A stretch of DNA of 64,000 nucleotides, taken from NCBI GenBank assembly GCA_964057225.1, contig OZ059898.1, forward strand, positions 15,748,001 through 15,812,000. Reading direction: 5' to 3'. Shown piece after piece: positions 52,473-64,000 of this stretch (positions are counted from its first letter, which is position 1; every line of letters starts with the position of its first letter). Origin of the DNA: Auanema rhodensis (lineage: Eukaryota; Animalia; Nematoda). The translations under genes were made by a program, and so were the position numbers. The notes under the pieces are model-generated. The model had not been told where the DNA came from, did not search any database, and was given only the letters and a program-made list of their open reading frames with translations.

Positions 52473-55400
52473 CCTCATATACAACACACTCTTTCTATCT
52501 CTCTCTCAATTTCTCAGTCTTTTTCTTGAATTAGCACTCTTCTACCTTTCTTTGTATTTTCTTATCGTTTTCGCGTAGTTTCTTTTTCTCAAACAAAATT
52601 TTAAAATAAACATATTTCTATTCTCATTTCCGCCATTGCTCCCCTTCTTTCCCTTTTTGATCTTATTTTCTCTATCATTTTTTCTTCTTTTAAAATTCGG
52701 TCGTCTTATTTTACTTCGTTTTTCCGTCGCTCACCTGGACCAAAACATTAGCTCCACCCCTCTCCACCCCCCACACCACTTTTATTCCAATATTTCCATT
52801 TGTTTGACGAGCACGATCGGCTCTTTTTCTTTTCATCAGTCTCTTCAAGTTTCTATGCCATTACAGCTTTTACTTTTCATCATCCTCACTTTCCTCTAGC
52901 TTTTGCTCGTTCTTCTCCTGCATGCAGTCTAGTTCTCTTCAAAACGTTTCTCTCATTTTGTAACTTCTATCGTCTCTATTTCTCTTTATTTCCTTTTCTC
53001 ATTGTATTCCGTATTTACTCAACTTTTTACTGCAATCGCTCAGCTCAGGCAACGCTTTTGTTTCAACATGTTTCTATCATCAGAACGACAACATTTTCGA
53101 ATGCCATGACGTTCAATTATGAAAAAAATTGGATGCAAACTTTCATCGAGTTCTTATTATTTTGTCCTCATTTCCATCATTGTCCTAGCCTTTCGTATAC
53201 TTCTATACCCCTTTTGTACCTTCCTCATTCTCAATCATTTCATGACCAAAATAATATATTGCCCTACGACTTAAGTTCAAGTTCTTTTACATCTCTTTCA
53301 CGTTGACTTCATCGCTTCACTATTCGGCCCCAATTTCATGTTTGAACCCTCTATTGTTGGCTTTTTTCGTTCTTCGTTTTTGCCCTCGTTTTGTCATGTT
53401 GTTCCTTTTTAAACAATTTTTATTTTATCATCTTGCAGGAAATGCTGTGTCACGATGCCAGGCAGCAGATTCGAAGAATGCCTTTTCCGATTTTTTGCCC
53501 ATTCTCTCTTTCTATCGTTGTTGCTGTTACCGTGGCTAGCTACGGCGCCATCGTGATGGTATGGCATGCTTCAACATACCTGATACAAGAAGACAACTAT
53601 CCATGCCATAATATTCTCATCACCATAAAGCAATAGACAGAAAGACATTGCTAGTAGCAGCAACAGAAATATCAACGCCGAAACATCGTCAACCATAAAC
53701 GTTTTTCATTTAAACAAAAACGTCTCACGTTCTTCATTTGGCCTTCTGTCCTTTCGTTCATCTCACCAAAGTCGTCATCGTCATCGTTGTCGTTGTTCGT
53801 GACACAGAAACTATTAGAAGTTTAATATAGATTTGCCATTCGACTAATAGAAATTGGGGAAATTTCTCATTTTTCACGGCACGCTTCTGTTTGCCTAGTC
53901 AAGGAAGAGAAAGCTCTTAGTCCCTCTTCTCTTGTTTTCCTCGCAACCTGCCTTGCTTTTTCTACATCTATCTATCTTCATTCTTTCAGACATCGTTTCC
54001 GTTTATCTTTTTATAAATTCCCTCTCTCTCTCTCTTTATCTTCATCTCACTTGGTTTCAAAGGTAAAAAGAGAAACACAGTGGAAAAGAAAGAAAAATAA
54101 AGAGAGAATGTTAACGAGAGTAGATGAAGCAAATGTAGGGCAAATGTGCGCAAGATGTCAAGCCTTGTCATGCTTTTCAACAGCAGTCATAACAGTAACA
54201 AAAGTTGTCAACCTCGTTGAACATCAGCCAAACGTTTCCATTTGTTTGACCAAATATCCCAGAGACTTTCGGCATTTAGTTTGTCTACTATTTCGTTTAT
54301 TTTCTTTTCTACTTCATCTACGTGTACCTTTCGTTTTGCTTTTCAATGTTGCAACGGAATCACTATTCTCTCTACTCTCATACTATTAACATTTCTTTTT
54401 GTCCTTTTAATTCTTTCCCTAAATGTACTTCTCTTTCTAAACTATTTTATTACTTTTATTCTATATACAGCCTGTTGTAAATGCTTTCAACTTATTCCAA
54501 AGTTGGTTTTTCTGAGCTCAAGTTCATTTTCGGTGAAACCTGTTCACCCTTTTATTGAGTGGATTCCGGAAAACGATTGGCCAAAAAAAGCATGAAGAAG
54601 ACCTTCTCGGCTTGTAGCCAGTCAGTCAATCCTATTCATCGTCTTCCTATTTCCTGCATATTCTGTTTCCAATCATCCATACACCATGAATGTTTCATAT
54701 TGAACGATTTCTCATCATTGTCGTTTACGACTAACAACAACAGTCATCAATCTCCACTTCGTCTGCACAGGTGCGTAGGCTTCTGACGACGTTGGCATCG
54801 CGGACACAAGAACTACCGTCTGATTCATCGCTTAAATCACTAAACACAAATCAACATGTACCTCCAGCTCTAGTTCTTTGACTAATTCGTTTCCTTGTTC
54901 GTGTTATTACCCTGATCGTTAACATAGTCGTCATCTTGCTTGTGACCGAACCTTTTTTGTCCGGCCACCAGATGGTATCTGGTCCCGGCGCCAGCAAACT
55001 AACGTTTACCATCTCGCTCTTCTGTCCTCGTTGACATCAAAGTTCTATTTCATTTTTAGTATTCGAAACAACATACAAGGAACTATTTGAATACTATATA
55101 TTCATTCTGTTGATAACTCCGCCTTCTAATGACTTGAAGCAGAAATTCAATTCTTGCTTTGTTTCAATCATTGGCAGTGAAATATTCTCGTGAAACACTT
55201 CAAATCACTCTTATTTCTCTAAATATTCATTATTTCCCTTTATTATTCTGAATTTCAAATGATTCCAAACAGTCCAATGTGATCTTTCTATCGTCAAAAC
55301 ATCATTGCTCTTTCAATGCGATATGAATTCAGATGTGTACTTGATGACGTCTGATGCACTTTCATCAGATGGGAATCCATGTTAACCCAAGATCAAAGCA

Positions 55401-58400
55401 ACCAAAATACGAAAGTAAACTTGCTGCTTTCCGTTTTGGCTCTATCATTCGCACAATTCCTGTTCCGCAGTGTTTCAGCAACTTCCGGTCTTTTTGAAAC
55501 TTCTCACACTTGCTGTTGTTCCGGTCAGCATCAATATCGCCTCTAGGTACACACTGTTCGGACGAAAATCATGATCTTAGACGAAAGTGTTGTCCGCTAC
55601 GTCAGATTGTCATTTCTCTTCTTGCGAAGCTTTTCGTCCGCTTGCACCGGAAAACCGGGAGTTGATGACGTAAACATTTGGAATCCAGTTTTGCCGTGAG
55701 GAGCGTACATTGAGCGGCTAGCGTGAGCACAACGAGAGCACACCGTGTTTGTGCTTCATTGTCGTTTTCGTTCTTCCGGCCTCGTCGTTGAAACTCTTCG
55801 ATAGAGTGTTTGTACCAGCACTTGCTCCACTAGAACGTTCTGGCAACAACTACCTATATCACCGCTATTGCATGGTGTTTCAGCATATTATTGCATATTT
55901 GCCCTGGAAGCAATCTAACTTTCCAACCATTTTTTCGTTTTTCTTATTAGTATTACAGTTCTTTTTCAGATCTTATTCTCACTCTTTCACTTTATCAGTC
56001 ATGTTGTCATAATGTATTTTCATTTTACTTTATAATCTCAAATTATTTCCCCCGTGAGGCGCCTCAGGCTTAGTATTATCACTGCTCTGCTTTCGTTCTT
56101 TTTTTGCTCAAACTCATATACTAAACATTGATAGATACAGAAAAAGCATTTGATTCTTAGAGAAAAAAGTGAAGAATAATAGTCAAAGAGATTGAAAGCT
56201 TCTGTCCGTCTATTTTCATTTCGACATAAACTCTCTTGTTACTTCTTGTCCCATGTTATCTCTCTCTCCATTTCTCTTTATCTCTCTCTCATTTTTCTCT
56301 TCTTCTCTCTTCTTTCAATTCTTTATATCACATGAGGCCGGCTATTCTTCTCCCATCACATTATCACGTATTCTAATTGTACTGTTTATTCATTGGCGCC
56401 ATTCCCATTTTCTTATCAGAGAAACGATGTTGCTCTTACTTTGCCTTCAGGGCATTTACGGCACAACACGTCTTACTATCTACATTTCATATTCAGAAAA
56501 ACGATAAGGTGATATGCAAGAAAGAAACAAAGCCGTATATGGCGATGAACTGTTCTTCTTTTGGAGTTCCGCCTCATTATATAGTTCTATAGAAATTTTG
56601 TATTTCTCTCTTCTTTCTTTTTGCCCTCCGGCTATGAGAAGGCAGAAGCATAATCGTTTTTCTTATCTTGTGCTTGTGTCATTTGGAGAGCTGCAAAACA
56701 GCAACTATACTAAAAATCATTGCCCTTCGGACTCTGTATGATGAAAGCTGAGAGATTGAGGCCATTGATAGACGAAAATAATATAGGAAGAAGGCGCAAC
56801 AAAAAGAGATAAAAATACTCTCAAAGCATGGAGGGAAGAGAAACAGGCGAAAGTTCAATTTCTTTTTCATCTGAAACATTTGGAAACATTTTCGGATTAC
56901 TGTATACTATACAGTTTTGACTTTTGATTATTTTCAAAAAAGCTTATCAGATATTTTAAATTTTATCATAATCTATACTTTATAACCTATTACTAACTTT
57001 TTCGATTATTACGAAGATAACTAATTTTATAACATTCATTCAAAAAAGAAATAATACAAAGTATCTGTGCTTATATTCAAACTGTTTTTTTCATATAAAA
57101 TAAAAAAAAAATTGCCTGATAATGAATATAATCCAGAGCATATCGCGGATATTGCATCATATTATTTTTATTTTTCTATCCATAGATATTACCTCCCCCC
57201 CACCCTCACCATACCTCCCTCAACTCTCGATCCATTTTTCGTTTGGAACATTTTGGACGATGTTTCCGAATATTTTGATATTATTTGTTTTTATTATTTT
57301 TTTTTGCAATTTGCAAGCTAAACCAATCACTGATGATAAAAAGCCTACATTTACCGACTTCACTGTACTTTCCATCTCTACACAGCTGAGTAGTGATAAG
57401 TGAAACATCATGCGCCAGCTGGAGAATTATCGTTCTCCCCCTATTCTGCTAGTTCTTCCTGATTTACATTGTGATTTTGTTTTCCTTTAATCTAATTTCG
57501 TGCAAATCAGTAGTGAAATTCACAAAATATCCTCTACAACAGAAGAAAAGACATTTTTCTTCTATTGTTCATATTAAAATTGGCTTTTGAGACTAAAAAA
57601 GTACTTCCTATTTTCTTTTCTCAATACTTACTTACGTCTACTATGCTTTCCTTTCCCTCTTTATCTCTCTCCACTTTTCTCTCTCTTTCCGACATTTTTC
57701 ACAATAGTCTTCAGAATAAGCACTAAATTTTAATTTTTAATATTCATGCTACTCGATTTTTCATCAATGAACCAATTTAAAAGTGCATTTTGTTTCCCCC
57801 CTACCCCAAAAAATCAATTTTCTTGAACAAAATAGAAATTTCACTCCAATACCTTTCCTTCGATAACATTCGTTTCCGGTTTTTTACTTCAATATTCCAT
57901 TCGGTTTTTACTTATTTGTTTTCCTCATTCTCTAGTTGGGCGTGTAATCTCAAAATTCTGGAACAGCCATAAATGAAATGATAGTTTCTATCTAATATGA
58001 TCGGCTGACAGTATGTTTTGATATTAGCTAGTTCTTCACACCAAGGCTTTGTCAGATAGCAAATGAAAAAAGGTTCAGCCCACATTTCATTCTGAAAAGA
58101 TGTACTTTACAACTGTCAAAGTATGTGTGTATATATATCTGCGTGTGTCTGTGTGTATGTGTGTGCAAGCTCAATTTGTTCTTCTGAACTTCAGAATCTA
58201 CCGTAGATGCTTTTCCTTCCTCTAACTTCTTTTTCCACTTGAAACTTTCAAAGCTTTTGACACTGGTGGGAGGAGCCAAAAGCTGGTGGCCCACTGAATG
58301 AAGCTTTCAAGACCCCTCCAGTCGTCAGCATTCATCTTGCAGTTCTATTTTTCAACATTTTTTAGTCGTAATGGTTCAATTCGAACAACATGTATTAGGA

Positions 58401-58465
58401 GAAGTACTTTAATGATTTGTAAATCAATAATTCTCATTTCTGTTGTTTTATCTACTTGCACTTTG

Positions 58466-58491
58466 TACGTGAATTTCACGTGCCACGTGAA
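58466..58491. promoter_or_regulatory. Triple ACGT-core motif forming overlapping palindromes
   Basis: TACGTGAA-T-TTCACGTG-C-CACGTGAA. Confidence 0.5.
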
Positions 58492-59493
58492 TTACCATTA
58501 ATCGAGCAAAATGAAGCCCCCCTTTCATTTTTATCTCACGTTTGCCATTTGAACGGTTCCTATCAGCAGCATTTGGTACTATTTTTCAAATTGTTTTTTT
58601 TCTTTGCAAATTACAAATTTGTCGAATGATATCATCGAAAAATTTCTCATTCACTTCATTATCACTTGCTTCTGCTATTTCAACTTGTAACTATGCCGCA
58701 ATTCTTTAACTATATTCAATTTTTTCCTTTTTTTTCATCCATCTATTTCAGCATTAAAAACCTTTTCTTTTATTCTTTTTGTCTTCATTCTAATTTCGCT
58801 CCCTGTTTCATCTTATTTCATCAGCCCCTTCACAGACATACACACACATACACACACATATGTATATATTCCAACAAAAATAATTTTCTTTTTATCGCAA
58901 TTTTTTATCATTTTCAACGCCTGTTTCTTCACATATATCTATAACAGACAATTTTTTTGTTACTCTTATTACAACTATATATCATTCACTATTTATTTCA
59001 CATTCTTCATTTTCGGCGCATTTGAGGTCATCTGGAAGATGCCTCCTATGTTATGAACATTCAGAAAGAGCTGATAGATGGACAGAGGGTAGTGAGAGGC
59101 AAAAAAGAAAGAAAGAAAGAGAAATGACATTTTTTTTCTCGTGGGGTGCGTGAGCATTGAACAAAACATTGTTCCGCATAAAACAACATGCACTTTTACT
59201 TGAAAGAGCAAGTCAAAACTACAACGATCTCTGGACTTTTTCTCATCTCGTCAAGGCTCTCTGTATTTTTCTATTTCTTTCCATGGATTTCTCTCGTTTT
59301 TAACTTATCTCTATGTTTCTCTCTTCCCTCTCAAGAATTTCTCAGTTCGTGTAGCATAGGCATAGGAATGCATGTCGTAAAGTACTTTCAGCCTTCTGCT
59401 TCTAAAGAAAGGTTCCATATTTTTGGTCGACAAAACATGACCCAGGATCATTTCTTTATTATGTCCCATGCCTTCTCTTACTCTTTTTAGTCC

Positions 59494-59535
59494 TTCTCTC
59501 TCTCTCTCTCTCCCATTTACTCATTTACACTCACA

Positions 59536-59600
<65 letters not shown>
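59494..59600. repeat. (CT)n microsatellite
   Basis: Dinucleotide runs; pure at ~59541-59600. Confidence 0.9.
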
Positions 59601-59606
<6 letters not shown>

Positions 59607-62100
59607 GTTCTTCACTCTCTTCGATAACAATACTATATCTTCACAATACTGAAAGCCTTCACTTCCTCCCTGTTCTTTTCTACGGCCAGCCCTCCATCAG
59701 ATCAACTTTTCTTTTGCTCATGAACGAAGCTTCTGTTTCATTTTATTTTTCATTTTAGTTGAAACTGAAGATCATTCCTTATCAATAATTCTTCGAAGCA
59801 TACACAGTGATGACATCAGTATCACCCCTTCTTTCTGTAATGTTGGTGTTGCTATTCTTTAGAATTTATCTCCTTTTTCAATTTCTCCTTATCATTTAAA
59901 ATTATGCTTTCTTTCTTGTATTATCTCTCTATCATACCATCTTTGTATTTCTTTCTTTCCCTCTCTTCAACCCTGCACCCCCCCTCAGGGTCTTTATCTC
60001 TTCGTCTATTCACTTCTCTTTCTACTAATTATTTCATTCTTTTATGTTTTTCGAATACTAACTGCTATTCACATTTGCAAACTAAGTCTTCACACTTGAT
60101 TCACCGTTCCAAACTTCTGGCATGTATTAATAGGCATTCTTTACCCCCAGGCTTCTTAATCGTTTTTTTCTAGTCTTCCATCAATCTGATCGGCTTCTGT
60201 TTCTGGTCAACGACTTCCTCCTTATTGAGACATTTGAACTCTTATGCACCGAGAGAGAACTTCATCCTTGCATCTTGCAATGCTACAATCTAAAAAAACA
60301 CTTTACAACTTATTTTGATGACTTAAAGCCTATATTGTGCTATTTCTTTCCAATGCGTTTTTTTTTCTAAATATTTCACGTCATTACAAATCGTTCTGTG
60401 TCCTCTCTTTTCCTCTTTACATATCTGGGAAGAAATCATTAGAGACAATGAATACTGAAGAGGGTATGAGACAGATACGAGATGAAACACTTTTGAAACA
60501 GATGGCTTATGATGCATTCGGCTTACGAATGTCTGTGTATGTGCGTGTTTTTCTTCATTCAGTACTCGAAAAAGAGAAGATGCCATGTCGAACCACGTTT
60601 CGCCATATTATTGAACTTATTCCAACTTTATTTTTTTTTTATACTTTGCTATTCCAAACACCGTACATCTTCATTCAGGTGTGGTAATCTGTTTCACTCC
60701 GATCATTCTTCAATTTGAGTTGAGACAGAATCATCAGTTGATTCCTGACCACACCTCCAATTCACAAATTTATGTTCAAGGATCATACTTTGTCATGTTA
60801 TTCTACTATTCATGATGTTGAGAAGTACGTATTAACTTCTTTTCTGGCGGATTGAATTGAATGATTCGCAGCCAAGTGAGCCTGTCATGATTGCATCAAT
60901 CATGAGAAACTCTTGTTTTGCAATTTACTTGTCTTTTCCCTTCTTTAGGTAAAAGTTGCGGTTGGATTCGAGAATATTAGCAACTGTTGACCAATTCTCC
61001 AGAAAACTATATTCTTGTGGTCATTCTCTCTCTCTCTCTCTCTATCAATCTCCCTTTCTCTCTCTCTCTGTTTTCTTTGTATAGCTGTTAGCTATCAATG
61101 CCAATTTCTCTTTTTTTCTCTGATAACAATAACCTCTTTAACAGCTGTATGACCTTTTAAAATATTTTATCTTTTACTTCTTATTTATATTTTTCTTTTC
61201 AAATATATATATATATATATTTATATTTAAACACATATATATATAGTTGTTTTTATGAAGATTATTAATATACAGTCATATATTCACGTGCTCTTGTTTC
61301 AGATCATCATTTAAAAAGTTATCATATCAATCCGCCTTGTTTCCTATTGGATCTGTTCATTAAGCATTGATAAGAAAATGTTTTTTGATGAAAATATTGA
61401 ATAAGAGCGACGTATTAGATAGAGAGGTGCATGAATCTGAATATGAGACAGTATTTTATGCTCAGTTGTTCCATTCATTCATTACATCCTTATCCTTTTA
61501 GCTCATGTTCTTCCCTCTCATCCATTCATTCCTACTCTCTATTTCTCTATCTCTGTTTCTGCGTCTGCGGAGGATACTCTGGAAAACTCACTTCTATTCA
61601 TTTTTCCTTCGTTCTTATCCCTATAATTCCCCACATGTACGTATGATGTATGTATGCTTTCTGGCTTTAACCATAATTCATTTGAAATGTCTGCGAACTA
61701 TCCACTTCAGGCCAGCCGTTGATGTGCTTCTGAAGGACTTTTTTTCCCGAATACTTACATTCGTGATACTATATCCTTCAGCCTAGTCTCAGCTTCCTTT
61801 TTTCGTTCTAGTTGACTGCACTTACTGGTCACATTGTTTATGTATTTGTATTCTTTTTCTTTTCTTTCATTAATTTGCCCTATCGTGTATCATAACGTGC
61901 TATAATAGTCACGTGAACTTATTATTTTTCCATTTTGATTCGAGATGAGCGGTTGCACTTTCATGACCATAATTGCTTTATATTACGTAATATCTCTCTT
62001 CACTTATTATATATATATATGTTTTCTTTATTACATTCTTGTCTTAATTCTTCTGTTTATTTGAAACTTCATTTATTTTTCTTGTAACTCATCAGCATGA

Positions 62101-62106
62101 TTTCAG
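62101..62106 (+). promoter_or_regulatory. Splice/trans-splice acceptor directly abutting the ATG of the forkhead exon
   Basis: TTTCAG immediately followed by ATG. Confidence 0.7.
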
Positions 62107-62352
62107 ATGGACTTCCTGTCATCTACACAATCGACAGGCCTTTTGTCTTCAGCAGCCGCAGCTGCTGCAGCTGTAGCTGCTGTCGGAGTTCAGCAGGCAA
62201 CATCAGAAGAGAAGGATTTGTTAGCTGTGATCGAAGCTAATGTTAGGCCATCAGATACCTATGAAAGACCTTCGCTTAGCTACAAAGATTTGATTATTGA
62301 AGCTATTGAGAGTAGCCCAGAGAAGAGATTGAAATTAAATGAAATTTACCAG
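62107..62352 (+). CDS. fkh-9: Forkhead transcription factor, exon encoding the N-terminus and start of the forkhead domain (partial; rest lies beyond the window)
   Basis: ERPSLSYKDLIIEAIESSPEKRLKLNEIYQ matches forkhead helices 1-2 (the RPxxSY...I..AI..SPEKRL.L.EIY pattern). The YKDLIIEAI/LKLNEIYQ variant is what I recall for C. elegans FKH-9. Donor CAG|GTACGT at 62353, phase 0. I found no further exon before 64000. Confidence 0.85.
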
Positions 62353-64000
62353 GTACGTATTTTCCTAATATAATATGTTTTTCATACAGTCAGGCCTTTG
62401 TTCAATTTTGACATTTTGTGAGTGCACTAACCTCTATTTATGACCATCGCCTACAGTTATTACTCGATGACGTAAAGTTCCTCCGACATGATAAAAAGCA
62501 GAGATATTCTGTCATTCGTCGTAAATTAGGATCTGACTCATACAGGGTTGAAATCATTTTTCGATTATCTTGCCATCATCAGATAGCTAGCAAAGCATAT
62601 ACACATAAGAAGTATTTCGATTTTGCCTGAATCATAATGTTTTTAGCCTGATTACACATTATTTTTCTCTCTTTTTCTTTTTTTTGTCGTTTATATCAAG
62701 CTCAACGGTTCGCATACTAGTTTTGCTCGTTGATAACATGATGTAATGATACGGCTAGTCATATGAGCTCTTTCAACTTTCAAAATATGGAAAAGAGCTC
62801 AGCTCAGTAGACTGGTGTTTCAATTTTAAAAATATATGTCGCTTTTTGGCTTCGGCTTAGTCATTCGTCTAAGTTTATATTATGAATACTTTAGACTTGC
62901 TGAATGCAATGTTTACACTTCCTGTCCTTAGCTTTGATCGCTTTGACTTTGACTTTTAGGATTTTGGTTGCTTTTTTTGGAACTTCACAAGAATTAAACA
63001 ACACAATATGTAATGTGTATATGTGTTTATTTAATTCTTGATTGTCTTTCCAAAATGTAAAGCTCAAAATACCGTCAGGAGGCCGTATGATGAGAATTGA
63101 AAGAAGAGTGGCCAGAAGCAGAAAAAATAAAAAAGGGGGAGCGATCTGTTAAAGGGTTATGAAGCAAAAGTGACGTTCTTTGAAAGCTGAGGCACTTTGG
63201 CAACTTTTTAGTATATAAAGGGACCTTTTCTGAATCGTTTTCTGATCAACAAATATACCAAGCAAGCAATCCAATACGTTCTATAGTCGTGCGCATTCTC
63301 ACCCTCAAATTAATTATTCTGCCTTTTCTGCCATTTTTGGAAAATAGAGCAATAAACGCTCTTACTTTTGGATTCTATGTCCTTACTGGCCTACTCTCTA
63401 TATTCCCGAAACTTTTATTCCGTGTTTCTGCTCTATAGTTTTCTCTTCATATGTTCCAATAGTTCAGGAGAACAAAATAATAATCGGAAACAGATTCAGT
63501 TGCCATGGGGGGAACCCTAGAAGAGAAACATGAGAATACCTCAGTTTCCTATATTTGGAAGTAGCTTACCCAATAACTTAATATTAAATCGTTATTACAG
63601 TGTAGTTTTCAAATATAATTTCGATCATGAAATAGCGAATATCCTGCTAAATGTAATGTGGAGGTAATAGCAACATGAGCCAAATTATCAGCGTTTTTCC
63701 ACTAACAACATGCTGCTGATATTTGTGTCACAAAATACGGGCAAAGCCTCCGATAGCTTCCGGCAGATTTCGCAACAACTTGATTGCTTTGAGTTCCAGA
63801 GTTCATAGCTCTTTTCTGAAACGATTTCCTTTCTTGTGTCCTTGTTGCAAGCATATAATGTAACATTGAAGTTATCCATGAAGAACAGGGCTGTTATGCT
63901 ATAAGATGAACGGAATTATTGGTTTTTTCTTCTTAATTTCATCATTGTCAGTCATTGTTTGAACGTTTCTATTAATCAAAAAATGAAAAATAGACTTAAT

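Overview
AT-rich eukaryotic DNA, very likely from a nematode: introns are 40-50 bp and acceptors are of the TTTCAG type. The first 11 kb holds three spliced + strand genes that I reconstructed by hand. (1) A cyclase-associated protein (CAP/Srv2, cas-1-like) paralog with a ~2 kb low-complexity exon in front of the CAP body (186-4037). (2) A tandem conventional CAP gene (6579-9341). (3) A SWIM zinc-finger gene resembling SWS1/ZSWIM7 (sws-1, 9667-10991), which starts ~100 bp after the CAP poly(A) signal in an operon-like arrangement. The two CAP copies are a mosaic: ~99.5% identical, introns and 3'UTR included, except for a sharply bounded divergent block over the WH2/P2 region, which suggests gene conversion with one protected module. 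From ~11 to 62 kb there is no convincing gene. That stretch carries strand-biased (CT)n/(GA)n tracts and recurrent tight clusters of (T)TCACGT/ACGTGA motifs, often as inverted pairs, every ~2-7 kb. It ends at a forkhead exon most like C. elegans fkh-9 (62107-62352). I found no tRNA, rRNA, CRISPR array or intact transposon. All counts and alignments were done by eye, and gene names come from recalled family motifs rather than database searches.
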